A stretch of 64,000 nt of DNA from an uncultured Gammaproteobacteria bacterium. Its GTDB lineage: Bacteria; Patescibacteriota; Microgenomatia; Levybacterales; GWA1-39-11. This document shows, one piece after another, positions 1 through 10,088 of the stretch. The stretch covers positions 66,587-130,586 of the forward strand of contig CAYVAJ010000002.1 of NCBI GenBank assembly GCA_964448725.1, written 5' to 3'. How positions within the stretch are numbered: position 1 is the stretch's first letter; each line of letters starts with the position of its first letter. Under the pieces are notes generated by a model. That model made no database searches and was not told where the DNA came from. It worked only from the letters and a program-made list of their open reading frames with translations. Made by a program: the position numbers and the translations under genes.

Positions 1-2
1 CT

Positions 3-323
3 AAAAAAGGAAATGTGTTTTCTGTAAATTCTATTCCACGAATATTTCAAGATCGTGATATATCAACACTTATTCGCGAGATTATAGAAGATCTTTCTTC
101 TGGAACTGGTGTTAAAGATATAGATTCATACTCAACTACTATGATTTCTTTCCTTGCTTGCAGAGCAGCTATTAAAGCAGGTGAACGGCTTACAGCGGGT
201 GAAGCAAAGCGCTTAATAGAAAAATTAGAGAACACAAAGAATAATACAACATGTCCTCATGGAAGGCCCACAAGAATAGCGTTAGATCTCATAGAACTGC
301 ATAAGTGGTTTAAGCGTTTGTAA
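3..323 (+). CDS. mutL: DNA mismatch repair protein MutL, C-terminal end (partial, starts before window)
   Basis: ACRAAIKAG and CPHGRP motifs of the MutL endonuclease domain; frame open to window edge. Confidence 0.93.
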   Translation, partial: KKGNVFSVNSIPRIFQDRDISTLIREIIEDLSSGTGVKDIDSYSTTMISFLACRAAIKAGERLTAGEAKRLIEKLENTKNNTTCPHGRPTRIALDLIELHKWFKRL

Positions 324-2253
324 AAGTGGTTTTTAGTGGTAATGTAAAATAAAATGTTGCCCCTTTTCCTTTTTTGCTTTTTACCCACATTTGACCACCA
401 TGTTTATGTATAATCTCTTTAGAAATATAGAGCCCCATTCCGAGACCAGGAAATGTTTTTTCTTTCAAATCTCCTATTTGATATAATTTCTCAAATATTT
501 TTTGGTGTTGATCTTTTGCTATACCAATTCCTTGATCTTTAACACTTACTTCAATGTACTTATCTTTCTTTTTTGCTTTAACTATGACTATTGTATTATC
601 AGGTGAATATTTTATTGCATTCGTAAGGAGATTTGTAAATACTTGATAAATTCTGTATTTGTCACATACTATTAATAATTCTTCTTTGGGTTTATATCGT
701 ATTTCATGCGTTGTTGTTGTATAACTGAGATCATCAATTATATCGGTGATAAGCTCATTTAAATCAAATCGAACAGCACGAAAGCGCATTTTACCTGTCT
801 CAATTCTAGAAACATCAAGAAAGTCATTCACTAATCCTGCTAATTTTGCTGTTTGTTGTTTGATTTTTGCTATGAGCATTTTAGTGTTCTCAAAATTTTT
901 TTTCTCTGTCTGTTTTTTGAGCAGTTCGATGAAAAGATTGAGACTAGTGATTGGTGTTTTTAATTCATGGCTTGCCATAGATACAAATTCATCTTTTCTT
1001 TTTTCTATTTCCTTTTTTTCTGTAATATCTATTATTGTTGATACTCCAGCGATGATCTTTCTGTTTTTATCTTTTATTGGCGCACCGTTGACTAATACAT
1101 ATCCCAATGTTTTATCTCCTCGTACTATTTTAATCTCTTCATCTTTTATGATTTTGCCGGTTTTCATAGCCCGTACGACAGGCCATTCTTCAGTCACATA
1201 TTCTTTTCCGTCTGGATGAAACCCCCGGTATTTTTTATAGTCATTATATGAATCTGCGCAAAAATCCTTTTCTCTAAGGATTTTTTTAACTTGTGCATTT
1301 TCCAGTACAAATTTCCCGGTTTTTGCATCTACGATAATAACTCCTGCAGGTAATTGTTCGAGTACTGCTTTAAACTGATGTAAAATGTATTCCTTTTCTG
1401 CTTCAGCTTTTTTTCTATCTGTGATATCACGAAAGTTTGCAACAATTGCCTGAACTGCAGGATCATGCAAAAGATTTACTCCAACTCCTTCCATCCAACG
1501 ATATTCACCCTTTTTGTGTTTTATGCGGTAGGTAAAAGGTATAGTTTTACCTGGGTATTTGAGTGTTTTTTGTATTTTATTTTTGAATTCTTTTTTATCT
1601 TTAGGGTGGATAAATGTGGTGATTTTGTGATTTAGATATTCCTTCATTGAATATCCAAGAATACGTTTTGTTGAAGGGCTGGCATATAGTATCTTTCCTT
1701 TTGCATCAATCATTCGTACCCCATCTGAGCTATTCTCAGTAATAGATTGAAATCTTTTTTCTATTTCCTCACTTTTTTTACGATTGGTCAGATCACGCAT
1801 GATTTTTGTAAATCCTCGTAGTTTTTTTTCTGGGTCATAGAGTGGATATACTCGGCCGCTTCCCCAAAATCGGGATTTGTCGCGTCGTACATGCCACCGT
1901 TCATTTATAGCTAGACCTTTTTGTGCTGCAGTATTTAATTCTTTTTTGGGTTCACCTTTTCTTCTGTCTTGAGGGGTAAAGAGTATTGCTGAGTTTTTTC
2001 CAATTATTTCTTTTTCTTTGTAGCCTAAAATTTTTGCCGCACCAGTATTCCAACTACTTATCCTTCCGAGCGTATCAGTGGTAAATATGGCATATTCATC
2101 AAGACTATCAATGATTTGTTGGAAGAATGTATTGCTTGTGCGAAAGCTCTCGTGGAATCCGCTACGGGGTTTGTCTGAAAGCCGAGATGTATATTCACCA
2201 GTCTGGAAGATTGGCTTTTTTTTACTCCCCAGATATGATTTTGGAGCTTTCAT
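310..2253 (-). CDS. Multi-PAS sensor histidine kinase
   Basis: Three PAS/PAC repeats, H-box SHELKTPITS, N-box NLLTNAIKYS, DQGIGI, GLGMGL. Confidence 0.93.
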   Translation of the reverse strand: MKAPKSYLGSKKKPIFQTGEYTSRLSDKPRSGFHESFRTSNTFFQQIIDSLDEYAIFTTDTLGRISSWNTGAAKILGYKEKEIIGKNSAILFTPQDRRKGEPKKELNTAAQKGLAINERWHVRRDKSRFWGSGRVYPLYDPEKKLRGFTKIMRDLTNRKKSEEIEKRFQSITENSSDGVRMIDAKGKILYASPSTKRILGYSMKEYLNHKITTFIHPKDKKEFKNKIQKTLKYPGKTIPFTYRIKHKKGEYRWMEGVGVNLLHDPAVQAIVANFRDITDRKKAEAEKEYILHQFKAVLEQLPAGVIIVDAKTGKFVLENAQVKKILREKDFCADSYNDYKKYRGFHPDGKEYVTEEWPVVRAMKTGKIIKDEEIKIVRGDKTLGYVLVNGAPIKDKNRKIIAGVSTIIDITEKKEIEKRKDEFVSMASHELKTPITSLNLFIELLKKQTEKKNFENTKMLIAKIKQQTAKLAGLVNDFLDVSRIETGKMRFRAVRFDLNELITDIIDDLSYTTTTHEIRYKPKEELLIVCDKYRIYQVFTNLLTNAIKYSPDNTIVIVKAKKKDKYIEVSVKDQGIGIAKDQHQKIFEKLYQIGDLKEKTFPGLGMGLYISKEIIHKHGGQMWVKSKKGKGATFYFTLPLKTTFTNA

Positions 2254-2422
2254 CTACCTGATGTGGTCAATATAGCAGAAGAATAATAAGTGTGCAAGAG
2301 ATAAAATTGCAGGTTCGGAAAGACCTGCGCGTGAACCATTAAAATGAATATCGTTTACTTTGTGTGACCATTTGTGGTTTTATATACAGTACCAAATATA
2401 TTCGTGGTAAAATGAGAGAATT

Positions 2423-2788
2423 ATGAAGCAAGAAAATATGAAAAACCATCGGATTTATTCCATGAGTGTATCAAGTGTCTATACTTTATATATTGCAAAA
2501 GCAGAGAAAAAAGGACGTACAAAAGCAGAAGTAGATGAGATCATTCGCTGGCTGACAGGATATTCTCAAAAAGAGTTAGAGGAGCAGCTTAAAGAACAAA
2601 CAGACTTTGAAACATTTTTTGTTGACGCTCCTGAGATGAATCCTGCACGGAGGTTAATTACTGGTATAATCTGTGGCGTGCGAGTCGAAGATATTAAAGA
2701 GCCAACTATGCAGGAAATTCGCTATCTCGATAAATTAATCGATGAGTTAGCAAGAGGAAAAGCAATGGAAAAGATTTTGCGTAAGTAA
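2423..2788 (+). CDS. DUF2200 family protein
   Basis: [22 protein letters not shown] and [15 protein letters not shown] resemble DUF2200. Confidence 0.8.
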   Translation: MKQENMKNHRIYSMSVSSVYTLYIAKAEKKGRTKAEVDEIIRWLTGYSQKELEEQLKEQTDFETFFVDAPEMNPARRLITGIICGVRVEDIKEPTMQEIRYLDKLIDELARGKAMEKILRK

Positions 2789-2869
2789 TAGCATACCCCA
2801 GTATTTGAATTATTCAAACGGAGTTGTCTAAATTAGTTTTATATCTGTTATTTTTGATACTAGTTGATA

Positions 2870-3172
2870 CTAGGATTTATTTGTAACTTTATAGACTTTA
2901 CCGTTGCTATCATAGGTTGTCCATTCACCTACACGTTTACCCATGTCAAAATATCCAGATCGTTTTAAGGTTCCGTCTGGGCGATACCATTCCCAGTAAC
3001 CATCTGTTTTACCTTCTACAATTTTTCCTTTTGACCAACGAGTTTTCCCATTTGCGTGATACTTAATGGTATAACCATCTATGATTTCAATTTTCTTCTC
3101 TGTAACACCATTTGGATGAACAATAATGTCACATTTGTTTTCAAGACAGTCGTGTTTATTGGGATCTATCAT
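2870..3172 (-). CDS. MORN-variant repeat protein (YwqK-like)
   Basis: Repeats such as DGYWEWYRPDGTLKRSGYF and GEWTTYDSNG. Confidence 0.7.
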   Translation of the reverse strand: MIDPNKHDCLENKCDIIVHPNGVTEKKIEIIDGYTIKYHANGKTRWSKGKIVEGKTDGYWEWYRPDGTLKRSGYFDMGKRVGEWTTYDSNGKVYKVTNKS

Positions 3173-3315
3173 TTTTTGTATTTTAGAATGAATAGAGCGA
3201 ATGCAAACTATATTGAGTATACCAAACGAAATAGGTCATATTACACTGGTTTTCATATTTTCTAATTTCAAAAATTGACAAACACTATTCAAGATCTTTA
3301 AGTATATAAAATGTA

Positions 3316-4377
3316 TTATTTTTCTAATGGTAGTGAGAAGTAAAATGTAGAACCTCTTTTTTTAGAGCTCTCTACCCATATCTTCCCTTTATGTCGATTA
3401 ATAATTTCCTTAGAAATGTATAATCCCAATCCAAATCCAATTTTACTTTTTGCTTTTACTGTGTAATAGCGATCGAAAATTAATTTTTGGTTATTTTTAG
3501 CAATACCGATACCTTGATCTTTTACAGACGTTATGACATGGTTACCCATTACCGTTAATGCAATTGTTATATCTGTACCATCAGGGGAGTATTTCACTGC
3601 GTTTGAAAGAAAATTTAGGAGGACTTGCTCAATTCGTGTTGGATCAGCAATAACTTTTGCGTGAGTAGGTAAGGATTCTATAAAGATTTTATGGTTTTTA
3701 GCATATATTTGTATCTTTTGCACAGCTTTTTTGGTGAGTTCTACCAGATCTATCTCTTCATATGTCATAAATTGTTTTCCTGTTTCAAATCTTGAGCTAT
3801 CGAGCATATCATTTATTAATCGGATAATCCTATCTAATTCTCTATCAATGAGTTGTAATTCACTTGTTTTAATACTGTCTGAACCTTGATTTTTTGCTTT
3901 ACGTAAGTGAGATTGTGTAAGAAGTTTAAGTACTGTAATAGGAGTCTTTAGCTCATGGGCTGAGGCAGATAAAAATTCTTTACGTAGTTCATCTAAACGT
4001 TTCGTGTTAGTGATGTCATGTTGGAGTTGGACATAGCAACACACTTTATTATTCCGTAATACAGGATAGATATTTGATTGTATTTGATACTCTGTCCCGT
4101 TTTTCTTTTTGTTTATGACTTCGTCCGATGTGTAAGTATGTCCGTTTAATAAAACTTGCCACATTTTTTTAAATACTCTTCTAGGAGTCTTTCCGCTTTG
4201 TAGTATTTTTGGGTTTTTTCCTTTAACCTCTTCTAACGTGTATCCAGTAAGTTTTTCCCACGCAGGATTTACATACACAATTTTTATGTCTTTGGTAGTA
4301 ATAAGAATAGGATCGGGTGAAGAAATAAGTATTTGTGGTAATACTCCACTTTCAGTAATTGGAAATTGAGGTTTCAT
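3316..4377 (-). CDS. PAS sensor histidine kinase
   Basis: PAS (YVNPAWEKLTGY), AHELKTP, NFLSNAVKYS, GFGLGL. Confidence 0.92.
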   Translation of the reverse strand: MKPQFPITESGVLPQILISSPDPILITTKDIKIVYVNPAWEKLTGYTLEEVKGKNPKILQSGKTPRRVFKKMWQVLLNGHTYTSDEVINKKKNGTEYQIQSNIYPVLRNNKVCCYVQLQHDITNTKRLDELRKEFLSASAHELKTPITVLKLLTQSHLRKAKNQGSDSIKTSELQLIDRELDRIIRLINDMLDSSRFETGKQFMTYEEIDLVELTKKAVQKIQIYAKNHKIFIESLPTHAKVIADPTRIEQVLLNFLSNAVKYSPDGTDITIALTVMGNHVITSVKDQGIGIAKNNQKLIFDRYYTVKAKSKIGFGLGLYISKEIINRHKGKIWVESSKKRGSTFYFSLPLEK

Positions 4378-4411
4378 GAATGTAGTATAAAAACGTATCT
4401 TAACTCATGCA

Positions 4412-4425
4412 TTGATTATAATCAC
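4412..4425. promoter_or_regulatory. Fnr/Crp-like box between divergent kinase and Crp/Fnr genes
   Basis: TTGAT-TATA-ATCAC versus Fnr consensus TTGAT-N4-ATCAA. Confidence 0.6.
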
Positions 4426-4451
4426 ACATAGTAATCTGATAGAATACAGGT

Positions 4452-5096
4452 ATGGATGAGCATATAGTAAAAAAAATTGAAGAATTTTTTACTCAGTATA
4501 AACATCAGTCATATAAAAAAGGTGAACTTTTGATAAGAGCTGATGATGAACCACCAGGAGTATTCTATCTCAAAGAAGGTTTTGTAAAACAGTATGCTAT
4601 CTCGAAAAAAGGGGATGAGCTCGTCATTAATGTATTTAAACCAATTGCATTTTTTCCTATGTCCTGGGCAATTAACTCAACATCTAACAAATATTTTTTT
4701 GAAGCAATGACGGGTTTGAATATCTATCGTGCACCACGTAAGGAGACGATTAATTTTCTCAAAAACAATCCTGATGTACTTTATGACTTGATGAGTCGAG
4801 TATATAAAGGAGTTGATGGAGTATTGACGCGAATAACATATCTTATGTCAGGAAATGCATATGCACGGCTTGTTGATGAACTGTTGATTTATGCAAAGCG
4901 TTTTGGAAAAGGAGAAAATACCATAACACTAGCTGTCACTGAGAAAGACATAGCATCACAGTCTGGATTAACAAGGGAAACCGTTAGTCGAGAGATGAAA
5001 ATTTTAAAAGATAAAAGAATAATTGTGAGTGATAACCATAAGCTTATTATAAATGATTTACAAAAACTTGAAGATGAACTCGCTGATGGTGTTTAG
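4452..5096 (+). CDS. Crp/Fnr family transcriptional regulator
   Basis: cNMP-binding-like N-terminus; HTH TEKDIASQSGLTRETVSREM. Confidence 0.92.
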   Translation: MDEHIVKKIEEFFTQYKHQSYKKGELLIRADDEPPGVFYLKEGFVKQYAISKKGDELVINVFKPIAFFPMSWAINSTSNKYFFEAMTGLNIYRAPRKETINFLKNNPDVLYDLMSRVYKGVDGVLTRITYLMSGNAYARLVDELLIYAKRFGKGENTITLAVTEKDIASQSGLTRETVSREMKILKDKRIIVSDNHKLIINDLQKLEDELADGV

Positions 5097-5446
5097 TGTG
5101 TAGATTTTGTGATTATTTCATGTGTCGGAATTATCCTGTTTCTTTTTTTCTTATCAGATGGCAGTCCTGTTGGGAGCAAATACCCTTGCCAAACGCTTTC
5201 TCCAGCTAATAACTCTAAATGATTTAAATCAGTTAATTTGGGCTCATCTTTTACTTCATAGAGTCTATATTTCCCTACTGCAAGGATACAATCAGTTTTG
5301 TGAGTATTATGAGTTGTAACAAGAATTTCTCCTATATCTGCTGCATTAACCCATGCAAAACTCTTTTTCCTATCAAGTATTAGAATTTTTGTCTGTCGTT
5401 TGGTTTCTATAAGTTGATATGAACCTTCTTGGATTACTTTAATCAT
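5093..5446 (-). CDS. Hypothetical protein
   Basis: Open ORF; ATG at 5446 preferred over TTG at 5491. Confidence 0.6.
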   Translation of the reverse strand: MIKVIQEGSYQLIETKRQTKILILDRKKSFAWVNAADIGEILVTTHNTHKTDCILAVGKYRLYEVKDEPKLTDLNHLELLAGESVWQGYLLPTGLPSDKKKRNRIIPTHEIITKSTH

Positions 5447-5481
5447 ATTTACTATATTAGATGATTTCGTTGAGTATGTAA

Positions 5482-5518
5482 GTGATTTCAATCAAAGATT
5501 TCAATTGATATATATCAC
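5482..5518. promoter_or_regulatory. Two Fnr/Crp-like boxes
   Basis: GTGAT-TTCA-ATCAA (5482-5495) and TTGAT-ATAT-ATCAC (5505-5518). Confidence 0.6.
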
Positions 5519-5627
5519 TGCATCTTACAAATTTAGAATGTAATCTAATGTTGATATAAAATTTTTATGGTATGTATATGACAAGTAGAAACAGTTCAAT
5601 ACTCATCAAGGAAAGGAGGGAGAGTTT

Positions 5628-5798
5628 ATGAAAAATAATGCAAGCTCTGGCGCTCTCTATGGAATTGGGGTACTTGGAGCATTGGTATATTTTATTCAAC
5701 ATGCAAGTTCAATTTTGGATGGGTTATTGGGAATTTTTCTCGCGATCTTTTGGCCAGGAGTTATAGTCTATAAAGTGTTAGAGATTTTAAGAATGTAG
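5628..5798 (+). CDS. Small two-helix membrane protein (56 aa, not in ORF track)
   Basis: Strong SD AAGGAGG; MKNNASSGALYGIGVLGALVYFIQHASSILDGLLGIFLAIFWPGVIVYKVLEILRM. Confidence 0.75.
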   Translation: MKNNASSGALYGIGVLGALVYFIQHASSILDGLLGIFLAIFWPGVIVYKVLEILRM

Positions 5799-5806
5799 GA
5801 ATAAGT

Positions 5807-6400
5807 ATGAATGTCCAAGAAAAAATATTAGGTGTAATCAATGATGATCAAGAGAGAAAGATAGTGGTTACACATGTAACAATACGGCAAAGTATAATAA
5901 TACTATTAGTGCGACTTGTTGTATTAGAAATGCTTGCTGCAGTAGGGGTAGTTATATTCCATGCGTTAATTATTTCTACTAACATTACAGATATTGTAAA
6001 TTATGTGAATTCTGAGATTATATTGTTTAATACTTCTCTATTTCTTTTCCTTATTTTTTTAAAAACATGCGTTATGATTTTTATTATCATCCAATGGTTA
6101 AATCAATATTATGAAATTACGCCTAAAGAAATTATCTTCAAGAGAGGATTCATATTTAAGAAGGAAGAACGAAATACGTTAGATCATCTTGGATCTATCG
6201 AGGTGGACCAGGGATTACTGGGTAGGATATTCAATTTTGGAACCATAAAATTATTTAACTGGGCAACAGAGAAGAATTTTCCTCTATACCTTATACATAA
6301 TCCAATGAAATATCATTTTATTTTGCAAACACTTCTTCCTGAAGCGGATAAAAAGAAGAAAGTTTTTAGAGAGCACTTAATTGAGCCAGAGGAATTATGA
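5807..6400 (+). CDS. Membrane protein with bacterial PH domain
   Basis: Two TM helices followed by YEIT...RGFIF...DQGLLGRIFNFGTI. Confidence 0.75.
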   Translation: MNVQEKILGVINDDQERKIVVTHVTIRQSIIILLVRLVVLEMLAAVGVVIFHALIISTNITDIVNYVNSEIILFNTSLFLFLIFLKTCVMIFIIIQWLNQYYEITPKEIIFKRGFIFKKEERNTLDHLGSIEVDQGLLGRIFNFGTIKLFNWATEKNFPLYLIHNPMKYHFILQTLLPEADKKKKVFREHLIEPEEL

Positions 6401-6428
6401 AAAAGGAAAATTTATAAAACGAATTACC

Positions 6429-6809
6429 ATGTTAGCGGTTTTTGCATTAGAAGGAGTGGGAGCAATTTTAGGAGGTATGTTTCTTGTAATCGCTCCAGAT
6501 GGATATTTTATGAAAATGCCTGTCGATGTGCTGCATGGTGTTTTTCCTAATTTTCTTATTCCGGGTTTAGCTTTAACAGGAATCGGAATAGTAAGTATTG
6601 CAGCATTTTTTGTAGTACTTCAAAGGAATCGTATTGATTGGATTATTGCAGGTACTGCGCTAGTTGGTTTTGTCATTTGGTTTGTAGTAGAAATTGTAGT
6701 CCTTAGAGAGATACTCTGGCTTCATATTGTTTGGGGTGCTCCTGTTCTTGTAGGTATTTGGGCAGCGTTCTCTTTAGTTCCATTTCAAAAAATAAAAAAA
6801 CAAGTCTAA
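6429..6809 (+). CDS. Hypothetical membrane protein
   Basis: Four hydrophobic segments; ATG at 6429. Confidence 0.65.
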   Translation: MLAVFALEGVGAILGGMFLVIAPDGYFMKMPVDVLHGVFPNFLIPGLALTGIGIVSIAAFFVVLQRNRIDWIIAGTALVGFVIWFVVEIVVLREILWLHIVWGAPVLVGIWAAFSLVPFQKIKKQV

Positions 6810-6878
6810 GTATTTCTTGACAACACCTTACAAGTTTCTTAGATGGTTTTCTTATACAAGTAATACAATTTTCTACAT

Positions 6879-7271
6879 ATGAAAGGATATGTATTAAATA
6901 TTGAAGATACAACAGAAAAAAATTCTGATTACAGACGGGTACTTTATACTGGACGATATTTACAGCTTGTAGTCATGAGTTTAAAGCCAAGAGAAGAGAT
7001 TGGTCAGGAAATTCACGGACTGGATCAATTTATTCGGATTGAAAGGGGTCTGGCAAAAATAGTACTAAATAATGGAGAAACTGAATACGATTTGAAAGAC
7101 AATTGGGCAGTCATTATTCCCGCAGGAACGTATCACAATGTTATTAATACTGGAGATGAAGATTTAAAGTTATATACTATTTACTCGCTTCCAGCTCACT
7201 TAAAAGATACCCTTCAATCTACCAAAACGGATGAGAAAGAAGATCACTTTGATGGAATAACCTCAGAATAG
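6879..7271 (+). CDS. Cupin domain protein
   Basis: EIGQEIH...DQF and IPAGTYHNVINTG motifs. Confidence 0.88.
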   Translation: MKGYVLNIEDTTEKNSDYRRVLYTGRYLQLVVMSLKPREEIGQEIHGLDQFIRIERGLAKIVLNNGETEYDLKDNWAVIIPAGTYHNVINTGDEDLKLYTIYSLPAHLKDTLQSTKTDEKEDHFDGITSE

Positions 7272-7289
7272 TAAATTATTACTCATTTG

Positions 7290-7823
7290 CTAATGTGAGA
7301 TGACTCCATAATCTTTGCTAACTGGGTCCTGAAAAAGAAAATTTTCCGGAGGGAAAAAGGTAAAATAAACGAATGAAAAAAGTAGTGCCAGAATAATAAA
7401 TGCACCAATTTTTTTTAAATTGAGCCTTTTTTCAATATAAAGTATCCTATATCCTGCATATTGACCGATGAGTATAGAAATTACAAAGATTGCTATATCT
7501 AAAAATAAGTAGTTCTCACCAAGAATTGCTGTGTACACATAAAAAAGAATAGGTATCGAAATACCGTAAGCTGCAATAGTAACAGCTTCGGCAATCACAA
7601 AGTTTTCATTTCTTACCTTAAAGAAATAATATTTAACAAGCATCCAAATAAGAAGTGGCCAAAAACCAAGCTTGATATGCTCCCATGTACTCTCATTAAC
7701 CGCAGCGATTGGTGCAACTATTAGAGAATTATTGCTCCACTCGAAAACAAAGTGTAGTGCTGCACCTAATACTAGGGTAAACAATGATCCTCCTAGAGCA
7801 AGATGTATTGAAAAGTTTTTCAT
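7290..7823 (-). CDS. Membrane protein (DUF6512-like)
   Basis: LHFVFEW...VNESTWEHIKL; multiple TM segments; leaderless-type start at 7823. Confidence 0.65.
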   Translation of the reverse strand: MKNFSIHLALGGSLFTLVLGAALHFVFEWSNNSLIVAPIAAVNESTWEHIKLGFWPLLIWMLVKYYFFKVRNENFVIAEAVTIAAYGISIPILFYVYTAILGENYLFLDIAIFVISILIGQYAGYRILYIEKRLNLKKIGAFIILALLFSFVYFTFFPPENFLFQDPVSKDYGVISH

Positions 7824-7899
7824 AAGTGAATTGTACCAAAATACATGAATCTCTTTTTTTATTAGTACCATTTTTTGTTTTCAGTGATAGACTAATAAG

Positions 7900-8436
7900 A
7901 TGAAATATGTTGCGCTTCTCCGAGGGATTAACGTGGGTGGAAATTCTAAAATTGAGATGAAGCGATTAAAAAACGTTTGTGAGTCGCTTGAGTTTGAAAA
8001 TGTCCAAACGTATATTAATTCAGGAAATGTATTGTTTGAAACTACAAAAGATAAGAAACAAATTGCACAAGCTATTGAAGAAGCAATAGTAAAAGAGTTT
8101 GGCTTTGTAGTCCCAGTAGTTGTTAAAAACAGTGAGGCAATCCGAGCAATAGACAAGGAAGTTCCAAAGACTTGGGTAAATAATACTGAGATGAAAACTG
8201 ACGTACTGTTTTTATGGGATGAAATTGATGATAAAAATATTATAAAAGATTTGATTGTAAGACCTGAAATAGACAATATAAAATATATTCAAGGTGCGAT
8301 TATCTGGAATGTAAAGCGTGCAGATGTGACAAAAAGTGGACTTCTGAAAATAATAGGAACCGATCTTTATAAGAAAGTGACGGTAAGAAATATCAATACT
8401 GTAAGAAAGTTACATGAGCTTCTAAATATTACATAA
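7900..8436 (+). CDS. DUF1697 family protein
   Basis: YVALLRGINVGG...TYINSGNV...TVRNINTV. Confidence 0.88.
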   Translation: MKYVALLRGINVGGNSKIEMKRLKNVCESLEFENVQTYINSGNVLFETTKDKKQIAQAIEEAIVKEFGFVVPVVVKNSEAIRAIDKEVPKTWVNNTEMKTDVLFLWDEIDDKNIIKDLIVRPEIDNIKYIQGAIIWNVKRADVTKSGLLKIIGTDLYKKVTVRNINTVRKLHELLNIT

Positions 8437-8477
8437 TGAAATTATTTTTCTAGCGAAGCCAGGCGCAGACTTGTGCC

Positions 8478-8551
8478 TGGTTGCCGAGCAGGGATTCGAA
8501 CCCCAATAAACGGATCCAGAATCCGTTGTCCTACCATTAGACGACTCGGCA
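8478..8551 (-). tRNA. tRNA-Gln(CTG) with encoded CCA
   Basis: Cloverleaf on minus strand; anticodon arm ACGGA-TTCTGGA-TCCGT; GGTTCGAATCC T-arm. Confidence 0.95.
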
Positions 8552-8652
8552 GTGTTGCTGTGCTTCAATGATCAATTTCCAATTAACAAATTCCAAAAAT
8601 AATTTCTGTGATTCGCGTTCTCTATTTTACTAAAGATGGGGGATATTTCAAA

Positions 8653-9834
8653 CTATTTGCGGTTTTTTATGTCATTTCGCATATATCTAAGCTGATTGTG
8701 TCCCCAGAATAATACAAGAAATATTATGATGCCCGAAATATAGTAGGGAAGCGGTAATATGATTTCAGCCATAATTCCTCCTGTAATAGGTCCTACTACA
8801 CGGGCTAACGCTGATGCACTTTGTGCCACCCCCATGACAGCTCCCTGTTCTTCAGGTTTAGATTCAAGAGAGATAAGAGCTTGAATATTTGAATTCATAA
8901 GTGAGAAACCAACAGAGGATATCATACCCGATAGGATAATAAAGATTTCATTGAACGCCAAACCTATTCCAATAGTCGAGATTCCAAAAATTAACATACC
9001 AATTTTTATCAGTCTGGGTTCATCAAACTTTCTCAATAGTAATCTGATCAGAAATGCTTGTGTTACAAACTGACCAATACCTATAGCAACAAAATAATAT
9101 GAGGTTTGTAACTCATTCCAACCGAATCTTGCCTCAGTATATAAAGGTAATATACCTATAATAAGGGCAAGTGATGCGCTGGTTAGAAAGAACAGAAAAA
9201 TTAGGAAAGAAATATTCTTAGGAGTTAGTACCTCCTTTATAACTTTTGTATTTACAATTTCTATCTTGATTTCTTTTTGTAATGCTTTATTTGACTCGGG
9301 TAGAGCAAAGAATACAAAGATTGCATTAACGAGGGACAAGATAGCTGTCAGAAGAAATGGAAAGTGTATTCCGTACTGGTCAGCGGTTACTCCTCCAAGA
9401 AACGGCCCAATAATAAAGCCAAGACCAAACATTGAGTTAATAAGTGCAAGTCTTTTTGTACGTTCTTGGGATTTAGACGTATCTGCGACATATGCATATA
9501 CAACTGGAAGATTTCCTGTTGCTACTCCTCCCAAGATTCGCCCGATCATAATAATCCACAGATTTGGAGCAAGCCAGATGATTCCGTATGCCACAACGTT
9601 AAGTAATAGAGTAATTGCCAGTATAGGTTTCCGACCAAACTTATCAGAAAGTCTTCCCCAAATCGGAGTAAAAATAAATTGGAACAAGGAGTAGAGTCCT
9701 ATCACAACTCCTACAAGAAATGGATTATAACCACTTACGTCTTGAATCAATTGAGGGATCAACGGAATAACAATACCGAATCCGGCCAAGTCAATAAACA
9801 CAATAAATAGTAATATTAATAATTGTTTGTTCAT
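8653..9834 (-). CDS. MFS transporter (TetA/DHA1-like)
   Basis: Motif A GRLSDKFGRKP; ~12 TM segments; GFIIGPFLGG. Confidence 0.9.
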   Translation of the reverse strand: MNKQLLILLFIVFIDLAGFGIVIPLIPQLIQDVSGYNPFLVGVVIGLYSLFQFIFTPIWGRLSDKFGRKPILAITLLLNVVAYGIIWLAPNLWIIMIGRILGGVATGNLPVVYAYVADTSKSQERTKRLALINSMFGLGFIIGPFLGGVTADQYGIHFPFLLTAILSLVNAIFVFFALPESNKALQKEIKIEIVNTKVIKEVLTPKNISFLIFLFFLTSASLALIIGILPLYTEARFGWNELQTSYYFVAIGIGQFVTQAFLIRLLLRKFDEPRLIKIGMLIFGISTIGIGLAFNEIFIILSGMISSVGFSLMNSNIQALISLESKPEEQGAVMGVAQSASALARVVGPITGGIMAEIILPLPYYISGIIIFLVLFWGHNQLRYMRNDIKNRK

Positions 9835-10044
9835 AAGGGCGCATTAAACCACATTAGAATAGCGCGGGCTTAGGGAGCTAATAACAATTAGCCTCTTGGG
9901 AAGCTTATTATTGTATCTCTTAATTATCTGAACTGTCAACAGGTATAATGAATGGGTGGAGATATTCTTACGTGTATTTTATATATTATACGTATTATAT
10001 TAACTAATAATTATTGAGAGCTCATTTTCTTACACACATTAATG

Positions 10045-10078
10045 TTGACAATTAGCAAATAAACTGTTACACTGCTAA
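10045..10078 (+). promoter_or_regulatory. Sigma70 promoter of lon overlapped by CIRCE-like palindrome
   Basis: TTGACA-N17-TACACT (10045-10073); TTAGCA-N15-TGCTAA (10052-10078). Confidence 0.7.
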
Positions 10079-10088
10079 CGTTCAAATT

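Noticed and set aside
2309-2328. GCAGGTT/GACCTGC hairpin as an ncRNA
   Set aside because: Single short hairpin with no second copy or recognisable family context.
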